Counted from the stretch's first letter, positions 12,135-25,165 are shown. The stretch is 64,000 nucleotides of DNA from Octopus vulgaris (GCA_951406725.2 OX597829.1:45508001-45572000), one strand, 5' to 3'. Numbers and translations are program-made. The notes: generated by a model from the letters alone, not told the origin.

Positions 12135-12187
12135 TCTTTTACTTGTTTCAGTCCTTTGACTGCGGCCATGCTGGAGCACCGCCTTTT

Positions 12188-12350
12188 GTGGTGAAAGAGT
12201 ACAGCAGGGATCGCCACCACCCTCTGCTGGAACCTCGTGGAGCTTTAGGTGGTTTCACTCAATAAACACTCACAATGCCAGGTCTAGGAATCGAAACCAC
12301 GATCCCATGAATGCGAGTCCACTGGTGTAGCCAATGAGCCATTGCGCCTC

Positions 12351-12352
<2 letters not shown>
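12188..12352 (-). mobile_element. SINE family C, 5' part
   Basis: Reverse complement of the tRNA-like head and body at 8173. Confidence 0.75.
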
Positions 12353-12383
<31 letters not shown>

Positions 12384-12851
12384 TTCAGTATGGAGAAAAT
12401 AATTCATGAAAAAATATGCGATGATATCATTGATTCTGTTATTACCTAGTGTAAATTGTTACGTAAGATGATATCTTGCAAATTTTTTTTTTCATGAGTT
12501 ATTTTTCTTGAATTTGCTCCATATTGAAATTATTTTTACACTGCTGGCTGCTATGATTCAGCACAAAATGAGACAGTTGCAGTGCAGACATCAATAGGAT
12601 GAGTTGAGGGCTCTCTGTCATGGTAATGCATGCTGAGGAGGGTGAGGCTATTATGCCAGTCCAGAAACTAGTCTACAGGAGTCCTGATACTTGAATGCAT
12701 GCTGAGAGATTGTCTTGGCCCGTTTACCTGCAGACAGTTGATTTCTGTAGTTATTACCACAGTGTATATTAGCGATTTAAATAAGTGTTTTGGCTGTTAT
12801 TTCCAGCAGGTAGACATACTTAGTATGTTCTTTGGCCAATTTTAATCCTTT

Positions 12852-13288
12852 GTCGGTGGCACGTAAAAGCACCATCCGTTCGCATCCGTTGCCAGACTCG
12901 GCTGGCCCCCGTGCCGGTGACACGTAAAAGCACCGTCCGTTCGTGGCCGGTTGCCAGCTCTGTCTGGCCCCGTGTCGGTGGCACGTAAAAGCACAATCCG
13001 TTCGTGTCCGTTGCCAGCATCGCCTGGCCCCGTGCCGGTGACACGTAAAAGCACCATCCGTTCGTGGCCATTCGCCAGCTCTGTCTGGCACCTGTGCAGG
13101 TGGCACGTAAAAAAACACCCACTACACTCGCGGAGTGGTTGGCGTTAGGAAAGGCATCCAGCCGTAGAAACACTGCCAGATCTGACTGGGCCTGACGAAG
13201 CCTTCCAGCTTCACAGACCCCAGTTGACCCGTCCAACCCATGCTAGCATGGAAAGCGGACGCTAAACGATGATGATGATGATGATGAT
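12852..13288 (+). mobile_element. RTE 3' UTR copy with ~5 tandem ~47-bp units
   Basis: Repeated gtggcacgtaaaagcaccatccgttcg; (GAT)n tail. Confidence 0.9.
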
Positions 13289-13291
13289 ATA

Positions 13292-13453
13292 GCACTTAGT
13301 GCACATATTGATACCTGTGCTGCACAACTTCATCCCAATTTTAGAATCTTTCCCCTCTACAAATTTAAAGACAATGCCACTCATACCCAGCGAATAACCA
13401 TGGAATCCCACCTTATTAATAAATACAGACCACTTCTGGACACATCCCCCTAA
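13292..13453 (+). pseudogene. C-terminal fragment of a Penelope-like GIY-YIG endonuclease
   Basis: Manual translation ALSAHIDTCAAQLHPNFRIFPLYKFKDNATHTQRITMESHLINKYRPLLDTSP* fits the H..F..R...E..I....P.L(N/D) end of PLE endonucleases. Confidence 0.6.
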
Positions 13454-13737
13454 CACGAACCCACAACAAACACACTTACACCTGCACACACCCTACACAC
13501 ACTTTTGCCCAGATATTAACACCATGACACATGCAAACATATGGTTCCACACATACACATAATTTGATACGGGTGCAAAACATCCAACACTATTTTTTGG
13601 AAATGACTGTAAATATTGACTTCACACAAACACGTTGCTTCCCGATACATGCACAAGGCCAGCAGAACTATAAATATTGAAAATTGTACCCACACATGCA
13701 CACATATATACACGCGCGCGCACCCCAACATACATAT

Positions 13738-13775
<38 letters not shown>

Positions 13776-13985
13776 GCACACATACATACATATAGCTCTT
13801 CCTGTCCTAAACGAACTTACTTTTCCAGCTCAAATTCAGTCAAGCGGAAAATACACTCCTTAACTATGCGCTAAACAGCTATTCAAAATATCCACATGAT
13901 GTCTACTGACCAGCCTGAACAATAAGAATTTTCAACAACACTATTTTCGAAAACTCCATACACCACCTACAGCAACATTCATTCT

Positions 13986-14280
13986 AAACATTCAAGTGAC
14001 CTCTCTATTATGACCACATTCACGTGACCTCTTTATTATGACCAATAAGAAATTTTAGGCCTGATACCAGCCAAATTTTAACACTCTGGAGCCTATTTTC
14101 TTACCCCAACACCAACTTCTATTCAAACATTCACGTGACCCCTTTATAATGACCAATCAAAATTGTATTGACCATTGTCCACAAGAAATTTTAGGTGCGA
14201 AACCAAGCAAATCTTAAACAACTCTGGAGCCTCTTTTTTCGCATATAAGAGACAGCAAACCCAACATAAAGTCAGATAAG
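13986..14280 (+). promoter_or_regulatory. Putative Pol II promoter in a Penelope-like pseudo-LTR
   Basis: Duplicated module with CACGTGACC and tgaCCAAT; TATAAG at 14244; TCAGA with its A at 14274. Confidence 0.4.
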
Positions 14281-14668
14281 AGAAAAAAATCAATCAGAAA
14301 GGAACTCTATCTCACTCAAAATATCTTTTGATAAGCATAACAAATGCGCAACCGGCAAACTCTTACTTCTTTTATTCTACACTGAAATCTGACATTGAAC
14401 TTTTCCACAAAAAACTGTATATTACACGCTTTTACTAAATATCTTATTCTGAAACAGAACACTGTAAAAGACTCTTACTTTTTTTCTTATACACTGAAAT
14501 CATTCACAAAAAATGAACATTGTATTCTAACCCAATTTTTCTCTTTTTTTGTTTAAAAAAGAACTTTCACCTAATTAAATACACTCTCCCTTACTTAAAT
14601 TATTTTGTCAGCATTTTCTTCATTTCCCTTTTTTTATATATCACAACTCGTGTTCCACATCTCCTTTT

Positions 14669-14720
<52 letters not shown>

Positions 14721-14739
14721 AATGCATATATATATATAC

Positions 14740-14822
14740 ACACAACGCCCGGTCTGGGAAGCGAAACTGCGATCCTCCGACCGCAAGTCTGCTGCCCTAA
14801 CCACTGGGCCATTGCGCCTCCA
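14740..14822 (-). mobile_element. SINE family C tRNA-like head only
   Basis: Reverse complement ggcgcaatggcccagtggttagggcagc...cccagaccgggcgttg. Confidence 0.8.
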
Positions 14823-14914
14823 CACACACACACACATATATATATGTGTGTGTATGTGTATGTATATGCATATATATATATAAATATATAAACATATATA
14901 TATATATATATATT

Positions 14915-17900
14915 TACTAAGCCACGATGTTATAGTAGTTATCAATAATGATTATTATTCCCTCTGATTTTTCTGATTTTCAAACCTATTTATCGATAAT
15001 GTTGATTTTCAAACCTATTTATCAAATGTTTATTATCGACAATGCCGTCCCTAGTCAAATTTCCTCACACCGCTTTATCACTACGTGTTCCTTGACCTCT
15101 CTCTCTAACTAACCCTATCTCTCTCCCTGTTTCTCTATGTCCCCCTCTTCCCATAACCATCATCGCCATATCTCTCTCCCTAGGTCTCTCTATGCCCCCC
15201 CCTTCCATAACCATCATCGCCATATATAAAAGAGCGATCGCATTATCGTTAACCCCACTCGCTTCAAAATATCTAAAGACGAAATATGCGCAGATCATGA
15301 TTGGCTAAAGCTAAGTGAATTGTTCAACCTCGCTACGACTACCTTCTATCTTGCACTTATCTTTATTCTTTCACTATTCTTCAATTTCCATCTCATTGTA
15401 TTGTTCCTCATTCTTTCAGTATTCCCGCATTACCCTGTCTAGCTCAAACATTTTTTTTTTCGTTTAGTCTTGCCACTCTGATTTTTCAAACCCATTTGCT
15501 AGCTCCGATTTTACAGAACCTTACTAACCTACGGTGCACCCGCCCTCCCACCCCCACCACACATGCCGGAAGTTCCTATTCTTTGCCATTCCGGGGTTGC
15601 TTCCCATGAAGACTGCAAATGCTCTCACCATCCCTACCCCTCCCTACCCCTAGTCTCGACCTATGTAAGGTAATGTTCATACAGTGCAAAATATGAAAGG
15701 CTAGTGTTATGCAGGTTGTACTGAAGGCTACTTTACTACTTCATTTATTGCACATGAATTCTGCCAAATGCGAGCTTTCTTTTCAGGTAAACGAAGCTAC
15801 TGTCCACCGTCCCAGGGTCTCTAGAGCCCATGCCTCCCACACCCTCAGGGTTGGCACCCTCAACGTTGGCACTCTGAAAGGTAGGTCTGGTGAGATAGTT
15901 GAGATGCTTGAACGGAGATGTGTGGATATATGTTGCATGCAAGAAATAAGGTGGAGAGGAGGATCAGCTAGGTTCCTCACAGGCAAGGAACGCAGGTACA
16001 AGATTTTCTGGGCAGGGAACACTGACGGGGTTGGTGGCGTGGGTATACTTATCGCTGAGAAATGGGTAGATAAAGTAATTGAGGTAATCAGAGTATGTGA
16101 CAGAATACTTAAGATTAGATTAGTGCTTCATCATAGTTTAGCAACCATTATATCAGCCTATGCTCCTCAGTCGGGGCTACCCGATGGACAGAAAGACCGA
16201 TTCTATGACACTCTACTGCAGACTACCTCGTTGACGAACGACAGAGACCTTATCTTTGTGGCTGGTGACTTCAATGGTCACGTTGGACGACATGCTGGGG
16301 GCTTCCATGGCGTACATGGAGGCTATGGCTATGGCTCCCGAAACGAGGAGGGAACCAGGCTGCTGGTGTTCTGCGATGCAAATAATCTTATGATTTGCAA
16401 CACTAACTTCAGGAAACCTACCAGCCACCTAGTCACTTACCGATCGGGCCAACATACCAGCCAAATTGACTACATCCTTGCAAGGCAAAGGGAGAGATGG
16501 CTGCTTATAAATGCCAAAACCTTCCCAGGTGAAGAATGTACCCCACAACATAGACTGGTAGTTAGTGACTTTAGGATCAGGACTAGGAGGACAACCAGAA
16601 GACGACCAATATGGAGAAGAAGGATCTGGAAGCTTAAAGATCCTGCAAATGGACAGAGATTTAGAGACATATTACTTGAAGCCTCTGACGAAGTAGAAGG
16701 GGATAGAGCATCACAGGGGGTAGAAGACAGCTGGACGTTTCTAAGGGACAACCTGCTGAGAGCCACTGACCAGATCTGTGGCTGGTGCAAAGTCCCCTCT
16801 CGACCTAGAATAACGTGGTGGTGGAACAATATTGTAGACAGGGCTATTAGAGAAAAGAGACAGGCTTGGAAGGTCTGGAAAAATGGGGGTAGCAGGGAAT
16901 TGTATCAGACTGCCAAAAGAGAAGCTAAGAGACAGGTTTATTTAGCCAGAGGGGAAGCAGATAAGAAAAAATTTGCCAATGTTCTGCGCCGTGAGGACCA
17001 AAGACTGGAGGTGTTTCGCGTTGCAAGACAGTGTGTGAGAGAGAATCGTGATGTGGTAGGAGAGAAGTGTGTTCGCATGGAAGATGGTTCACTTGCGCTA
17101 AATGAGGATGCAAAGAGAGAGGCTTGGAGATGCCACTATGAAAGTTTGCTGAATAAAGAAAATGAATGGGATAAAGAGAGTCTGCCGAATGTTGACCCAA
17201 CAGAGGGACCAGCTATCCGAGTTGATAGTTCCGTGGTAGCTAAGGCAATTAGAAGCATGAAGACAGGAAAAGCCCCAGGCCCATCAGGAATCACTGCAGA
17301 GATGCTCAAAATGTCTGGTAGTGTCGGCTATAGCCTAGTCACCCATATAGTTAATCAGGTGATACACAAAGGAGTCATACCCAATGACTGGTGTAGCAGC
17401 ATAATAGTCAACTGCTACAAAGGTAAAGGTGACACCCTAGATACAAATAATTACAGAGGTATCAAGCTGTTGGATCAGGTGATGAAGGTTATGGAGAGGG
17501 TCATAGCCCAACTAATTAGAGAGAGAGTTAGTTTAGATGAGATGCAGTTTGGGTTTGTGCCAGGGAAAAGTACTACTGATGCTATATTCCTGGTAAGGCA
17601 GCTGCAGGAGAAATACCTAGCCAAAGATAAGCCCCTGTACCTGGCTTTTGTTGACATGGAGAAAGCCTTCGACAGGGTCCCCCGATCCCTTATCTGGTGG
17701 GCAATGAGGAAACTAGGGATAGATGAATGGTTAGTGAGAGCTGTGCGGGCCATGTATAGGGACGCTGCTAGTAGGGTGAGGGTTGGAAACGAGTACAGTG
17801 AAGAATTCCGGGTAGAGGTAGGGTCCACCAAGGCTCAGTACTCAGCCCCCTCCTATTTATCATAGTCCTCCAGGCAATAACGGAGGAATTCAAGACAGGA

Positions 17901-19563
17901 TGCCCTTGGGAGCTCCTCTATGCTGATGACCTTGCTCTAATTGCTGAGTCGCTATCAGAACTGGAGGAGAAGTTTCAGGTGTGGAAACAAGGATTAGAAT
18001 CGAAGGGGCTCAGAGTCAATCTAGCTAAAACCAAAGTCGTAATCAGTAGGAAGGTAGACAAATCACAAACGCCTTCAGGTAGATGGCCCTGCTCGATCTG
18101 TAGAAAAGGTGTAGGTAGAAACTCTATAAGATGCACCAAGTGTAAGCTATGGACACATAAGAGGTGCAGCAATGTCAAAGGAAGGCTAACTAGGAAGATG
18201 GTTTTTGTATGTGGCAGATGCTCAGGAACAATAAACACTGAAAATGCTCTGAGACCAACTTCCGTCACTTTCCAGGGAGAAAAACTAGAAATAGTTGATA
18301 GTTTCCGTTACCTAGGTGACCAAGTCAGCAGCGGGGGCGGGTGTGCTGAAAGTGTAACTGCTAGAGTAAGAATAGCTTGGGCAAAGTTCAGAGAGCTCTT
18401 ACCCCTGCTGGTGACAAAAGGCCTCTCGCACAGAGTGAAAGGCAGACTGTATGATGCGTGTGTACGAACAGCCATGCTACATGGCAGTGAAACATGGGCC
18501 GTGACTGCTGAGGATATGCGTAAGCTCACAAGAAATGAAGCCAGTATGCTCCGATGGATGTGTAATGTCAGTGTTCATAATCGACAGAGTGTAAGTACCT
18601 TGAGAGAAAAGCTGGACCTAAGAAGCATCAGTTGTGGTGTGCAAGAGAGATGATTGCGCTGGTATGGTCATGTGGCGAGAATGGATGAAGATAGTTGTGT
18701 GAAAAAGTGCCACACCCTAGCGGTTGAGGGAACCTGTGGAAGAGGCAGACCCAGGAAAACCTGGGACGAGGTGGTGAAGCACGACCTTCGAACTTTAGGT
18801 CTCACTGAGGAAATGACTAGAGACCGAGTCCTCTGGAAGTGTGCTGTGCGCGAGAAGACCCGGCAGGACAAGTGAGTCCATAACCCGTGGCCTTCTACTT
18901 GGGATGGAGCCAGCCTACGTATGCATACCTTCCCTTCTTGGGACACAAAACTCTACTTGTGAAGACCTGTTGAGGCAAGTGAGGATCAGAATCGAAATCG
19001 ATCAATGGAAATTGCAGATGTGTTACCAGTGCCGGTGGCATGTCGATACTCTACTTGTGAAGACCCGTTGAGGCAAGTGAGGATCAGAAATGGAAATTGC
19101 AGATGTGTTACCAGTGCCGGTGGCATGTCGAAACTCTACTTGTGAAGACCCGTTGAGGCAAGTGAGGATCAGAATGGGAATCGATGAATGGAAATTGCAG
19201 ATGTGTTACCAGTGCCGGTGGCATGTAAGAGAACCTTCCGTTTCGCGACCGTTGCCAGCACCACTCTGTTTCGTGTCCGTTGCCAGCCTCACCTGGCCCT
19301 TGTGCACATAAAAAGCACCATAAAAAGCACCATCCATTCGTGGCCGTTTGCCAGCTCTGTCTGGCACCTGTGCGGGTGGCACGTAAAAAGCACCCACTAC
19401 ACTCACGGAGTGGTTGGCGTTAGGAAGGGCATCCAGCCGTAGAAACACTGCCAGATTTGACTCGGCCTGATGAAGCCTTCTGGCTTCACAGACCCCAGTA
19501 GAACCGTCCAACCCATGCTGGCATGGAAAGCGGACGCTAAACGATGATGATGATGATGATGAT
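14915..19563 (+). mobile_element. Apparently full-length RTE-clade LINE (5' boundary uncertain)
   Basis: Single APE-RT ORF, tandem-repeat 3' UTR, (GAT)n tail, (TA)n on both sides. Confidence 0.9.
15709..18875 (+). pseudogene. RTE polyprotein: AP endonuclease, reverse transcriptase and PHD-like finger
   Basis: GTLNV, QE, GDFN, IDY, HRLV (APE); FVDMEKAFD, HQGSVLSP, YADD (RT); 1-nt deletion at ~17821 and TGA at 18651. Confidence 0.95.
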
Positions 19564-19583
19564 ATATATATATATACATATAT

Positions 19584-19614
<31 letters not shown>

Positions 19615-19733
19615 AATACACACACACACATACACACATACACACACACACACATACACACACACACACACACATATATATAATGCTCAATAGCATGTAT
19701 ACATCATCATCATCATCATCATCATGACATAGC

Positions 19734-19783
<50 letters not shown>

Positions 19784-19974
19784 GCATGCTATTGAGCATT
19801 CAATTGCTTTTGCTTAACTTCACATTGATGTGGTAACAGGTGTGATCTATGCTTTCTGTGGCAGCCATCCTGGCCTTGACCCAACTGCTTTGCTGATTGA
19901 AGCCAATATCACAAATGGCGCTCCGGTACTTTCTGGTGTATCAGTTGAAGTACTTCTGAGTGCTTGTGACTGTC

Positions 19975-21270
19975 GTTGTTGTTGTTGCTGTTGTTATTGC
20001 TGATGATAATGATGATGATGACACTGACTATGACAACAGTAAAAATGATGATGATGATGATGACGATGATGATGATGAACATAATGCTTATGAGAGTGTC
20101 AATGGTGGTGGTAGAGACAGCTGAGATGAATGACAGAGCCAGCAATGATGGCAAGTGGAACAATGGTGGAGGCAGCAGTAGAGATGGCATCAGCAGTGGC
20201 GGCAGTGCTGATAGAAGTGGTGGTGATGGTGGCAATGATGGGAGCGGCGGTAGCAGTTGTGGTGGTGTGCTGGTGGTATTGCTGGTGGTGTTGCTGGTGC
20301 TGGTTGTGGTAGTGGTTGTGAGTTGAGAGGTGATGATGATGGTGATGGTGGTGCTGCTGTTGGTGGTGGTGGTGGTGGTGATGGTGGTGCTGCTGTTAGT
20401 AGTGGTGCTGTTGGTAGTGGTGGTGGTGGTGGTGCTGCTGCTGCTGATTGTTGTGATGGTAGTAGTGCTGATGGTGGTTGTAGTGGTTTCTGTTGTTGGT
20501 AGTGTTGATGGTGGTGGTGGTGGTGGTGGTGGTGGTGGTGGTGCTGCTGCTGCTGTTGGTGGTGGTGCTGCTGTTAGTGGTGGTGCTGTTGGTAGTGGTG
20601 GCAGTGGTGGTGGTGCTGCTGCTGTTGGTGGTGGTGCTGCTGTTAGTAGTGGTGGTGGTGCTGTTGGTGGTGGTGGTGGTGGTGCTGCTGTTGGTAGTGG
20701 TGGTGGTGGTGGTGCTGCTGCTGCTGATTGTTGTGATGGTAGTAGTGCTGATGGTGGTCGTGGTGGTACTGTTGTTGGTAGTGTTGATGGTGGTGGTGGT
20801 GGTGGTGGTGGTGGGTGGTGATGGTGGTGGTGCTGCTGCTGCTGGTGGTGGTGCTGCTGTTAGTGGTGGTGGTGGTGCTGTTGGTAGTGGTGGTGGTGGT
20901 GGTGGTGCTGGTGCTGCTGCTGCTGGTGGTGGTGCTGCTGTTAGTAGTGGTGGTGGTGCTGTTGGTAGTGGTGGTGGTGGTGGTGGCAGCGCTGCTGCTG
21001 CTGATTGTGGTGATGATGGTTGTAGTGCTGATGGTGGTTGTGGTTGTACTGTTGTTGGTAGTGTTGATGGTGGTGACGGTGGTGGTGGTCGTCGTGGTGG
21101 TGCTGTTGATGGTGATGGTGGTGGTGCTACTGCTGCTAATCATAGTGGTGGTGTTGATGATGGTGGTGCTACTGCTGATCGTGGTGGTGTTGGTGCTGCT
21201 GCTGCCGTTGTTGCTGATAGTGGTGTTGGTGCTGCTACTGATGTTGATGATGATGATGAAGATGATGATG
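19975..21270. repeat. Compound GGT/GCT/GAT/GTT trinucleotide low-complexity array
   Basis: Direct reading; phase shifts at ~20489 and ~20814. Confidence 0.9.
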
Positions 21271-21699
21271 AATCCCATCCAGCAAATTTGTAAGGGTGTA
21301 TGTGGTAGGGTGAAGATGGACATAGTATAAATGAACTGCACCTCTGCCTTAAATGGTTTAATTTCTCGACAAATGAAGTTACTTGCCTCCAAGCCAAAAT
21401 TCAGATCATACTTATAACAACAATGACATTACCAACAACAATAAATGTTTCTGATTTAAGCACAAGGTCAAAAATTTTAGTGAGAGGTTCTTAAACAATT
21501 AACTCAAACCCAATAGTTGACATGCACTTTATTTTATCAACACTAGAAAAACAAAAAGCAAAGTTGATCCTAACAGGATTTTAATTCTGAATGTAAGTTG
21601 AAGCTAATACAAGGCATTTTTTTTCTCCAACACATTTGATTCTGACAATTTGTCAAGCAAGAGAACTTAAAGAGAAGAACCAGCAAAGTGCTCACAATA

Positions 21700-22290
21700 T
21701 ACAACATGCGCCACCCTAAAAGCGATACTGACTGACTCTACCTTTGATCAGTTGCCAGGATTGTGTAGAAGCAGAGAAAAGCAGCTTCGGGTGGGGTATG
21801 TAAAAAATGCTGTGGAACCATTGCTGAGACATGTAAAGAAGCCCAGCTTCTTCAAAACTGATAATTGTGTAAAGACAGAAAGAAAAAACGTAAAGAGGAA
21901 AAAACGAAAAAGCTTGGAAAGAAAAGAAAAATGCATGGTTAGTCTGCAAGAAGTATGGACGCCAAGACAGAAACTGAAGACCAGTGGTTATGGATGTAGA
22001 GGAGTGACCTGGAGATAGAGACAGAAGCACTTAAATGAGCAGCACAAGAACAGGTATTAAGGATGAACTAAGTGAAGTGCAGAATCAACAACATAATTGA
22101 GAGTGACAAATGCAGAATATGTGATGAGAGGGTAAAACTGTATGGCACATTGTTAGTAACTGTCCAAAATTGGCACAATGTGATTACAAAAAACAACATG
22201 ACAATGTGGCAAGAATGATCCATTGGAAGCTCCATGGAAATCATGGACTACAAAGAGCAAAGACATAGTATGACCAAACCCCAGAAGGTG
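21700..22290 (+). mobile_element. Degenerate Dong/R4-like LINE fragment
   Basis: HPKSDTD*LYL and CRICDERVKTVWHIVSNC...KKQHDNVARMIHW (CCHC knuckle, RHD-like motif). Confidence 0.75.
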
Positions 22291-22439
22291 GCTTCAGATA
22301 GTGTGGCCATTGTGTTACACCGTCCGAGGCCTCTTTTCTGCCAGTTATTTGATCCCATACTGATACCAGTCCTTGTCCTTCAAGGAGAACTCCTTCACTA
22401 AAGCTTCCACCTCCAATTGGTCGATGCAAACATAGTCAG

Positions 22440-23115
22440 TGAGCCATGAATCAAAGTAAATAATAATCTGAGGGAGATATTTTTTCACAATCCTAATGTG
22501 CATAAAGCAGTGGTTAAATAAAGGTCAGCTTCTGGAACCTGTCTCCAAATATCAGTGTTTCAAATACAAGGTGATGCTCAGTGTCCAGTGGAATTATGCA
22601 GGGATATTTCACTATGACTTCATTCTGGATAGATGAATCATTGATGCCAACCTGTACTCTGAACAGCTAAAGTGGATGTATGCTATTGTGCAGCAAAAAA
22701 TACCCAGAATTGATTAAAAAATACCCATAATTGGTCTACTGCAGCATTATAATGCAAGACTCATACCACTCACACAACTCATAATAAACTCACAGAAATT
22801 TAAGGGAATTGAACTGGTGCTACACCTTGCATTTAAGTCCAAACCTAGCTCCCTTGGATAATTATTTGTCCCAATCCATGGTCCACTGCCTTGGCATGCA
22901 ATGCTTCATCAACCAAAAGGAGGTTGAAATTTCAAAGAAGGAATTCTTAGCCTCGAAGAACAAGAACTGGTATCATCATGGGATCAAAGAACTGGCAGAA
23001 AGGTGGCTTGAGACGGTACAACACGATGGTCTCTACTTCGAAGGCAAAGCTGTTTCTGTTGTAACTTGACAAACAAGTTACCAAAACAGTGCAAAACTTT
23101 CGACTCGACACAATA
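22440..23115 (+). mobile_element. Degenerate mariner, 3' half
   Basis: KVMLSVQWN, SPNLAPLDNYL, GIKELAERW...DGLYFE. Confidence 0.8.
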
Positions 23116-23954
23116 GTAACAACAACAACAAAAACAACAACAATAATAATAACAGTAACAACAATAAACTGTTGTCTTCTATTTCAGAAGCAAAGTCTTT
23201 TCCCAGCCTTTATTCATTGACTAAACAAACAAAAGAAACATGCAAACGTTTGTTTTTTTTCAAAACTCCTCCTTATCCAACCAGTGTTATTTACATTATT
23301 TTGAGTCTTGTTATCAAATATTTAGTTTCAACTTTATGCTGTGCTATATGATATATCTATGACTGTAAACACTTCATCTATATAAACGATGTTCTACACA
23401 CAGACAAGATGTTTACATCTCACTATACACCCAATGCCAGTTAAAGAAAAAAAACAAAATCTATATATATATTTTGTGTGTAATGCAGTGCAGTATTATT
23501 GATTTTTTAGGCCACACTGTATATACAGACAAATGTAAACATACTGTCTGTATATACTATGTTGTATGTAATGATAAGGAGATATATATTGGTATATACA
23601 TAGAGTGTTGGTTAAAAATCTATAGATATATTGAGTTGTACAGAATATATAGTTTTATTATTACATTTCCAGGTTGAAAAGTTACAATGCTAGACTTATA
23701 GAGAGTATAGTGTTTTTGTGTGCATGTGTATTTGATTATTTTTCATTGAACACACACACACACACTTGATATCTGGGTTATAACCTAATAACATGCATTT
23801 CAAAGATTCTCTATGGTTATTAACTACCATATGCTATTGCACAACCATTTACATATGGAAATCCATTAGTGTATGCAAAATTCTTTACAAAGGAAATTTA
23901 TATTACAAGAAGATGGAACGAAAAGGCCTTAATCCAAATCACAACAATTGTATC

Positions 23955-24100
23955 TTCCATGGTGTGTACATGGGGGCCATGGAGTTCGTACCAGAAATGA
24001 AAAGGGAACTAGGCTCATGGTGTTCTGAATGCAAATAACCTATTGATCTGCAACACCAACTTCAGGAAGCCAGCCACCCACCTGATAACTTATAACATGA
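23955..24100 (+). mobile_element. RTE endonuclease fragment
   Basis: Homologous to 16302-16445 (NNLLICNTNFRKPATHLITY). Confidence 0.75.
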
Positions 24101-24303
24101 GCAGTTAACTGCTGATCATTTCACATATTATACATATTATTATATAAATATTATATGGTTCATATTTATATAATATTTATATAATAACAATATATAATAT
24201 GGAAAACTCATTCACCAACTGCTGTCACCAACGCACAGAAACAACTGTTGGGATTTGGATTAAAGACTACATTCTGTCTGCTTGTATTATAAATTTATAT
24301 ATA

Positions 24304-25165
24304 TGAGGTTGTATCAAAAAGTCCTTGGACTAGTTATGCTTAATAAAAAATAACTTATTTACTTAAGTTTTAACAGCATTTCCTTTAAAATAGTCACCAC
24401 ACACAGCAATACATCAGGCCTAACTTTCCTGCCACTTTTGGAATCTGGCCCGGAAGTTGTTTCCTGTGAGTTGAAGAACTTCTGTGATTCACTCTTTATC
24501 TCAACAATGGTGTTAAAACAGCAACCTTTGAGCTGAATTTTCATATTGGAAGTCCACAGATGCAAAAATCTGGTGAATAGGGTGGGTGCAGAAGTGATAC
24601 CATATTTTAGGTGTGAAACTCATGAGTAACAAGAACTCAGTGACAGGATGCATTCTTTGTGCTCCACAGTTCCAGTTATTTTTGCCAAATGTCCTCCCTC
24701 AAACACTTCAAGACATCTTTGATTGTCCTTTGATGATCCTCATGCACAAGTTGAAGAATTTTCTCCAGATTTCTGGGAGTGATGCTCGTGGCAGATCTTC
24801 CAGATCCCTCATCGTCTTTCAGGGATGTTCTTCTGTTTTTGAAGCATCCATACCACTCAAAACTTTGTGTAAGAACCATTGTTTTAGTGCAGTAATCTTG
24901 CTAAAGCATGCTCAATGTCTCTGTAGCAGACTTCCCAAATTTAATGCTAAATTTCACATTGGTTCTTTATTCCAACTTCCTGTCCATGACAAAAAAATCA
25001 CAGACCCCTGCATACCTGTGATCACAAAAACACAAATTTCACAATTTGTGAAGTAAAGACAGCAATGTCGCTCAACACACTGCTTCATAAGGTCACTGCT
25101 AGCTCTCACTGCCATCTGTTGGTGTGCTACAGAATTAGTCCAGGAACTTTTTGACACCTCCTTCA
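24304..25165 (-). mobile_element. Internally deleted mariner element
   Basis: TIRs tgaggttgtatcaaaaagtccttggac / gtccaggaactttttgacacctccttca flanked by TA; FEW..F...RTSLKDDEGSGR N-terminal motif. Confidence 0.8.

Noticed and set aside
12852-13115. Regularly spaced repeats resembling a CRISPR array
   Set aside because: Spacers are homologous to each other; this is the RTE 3' UTR tandem unit in eukaryotic DNA with no cas genes
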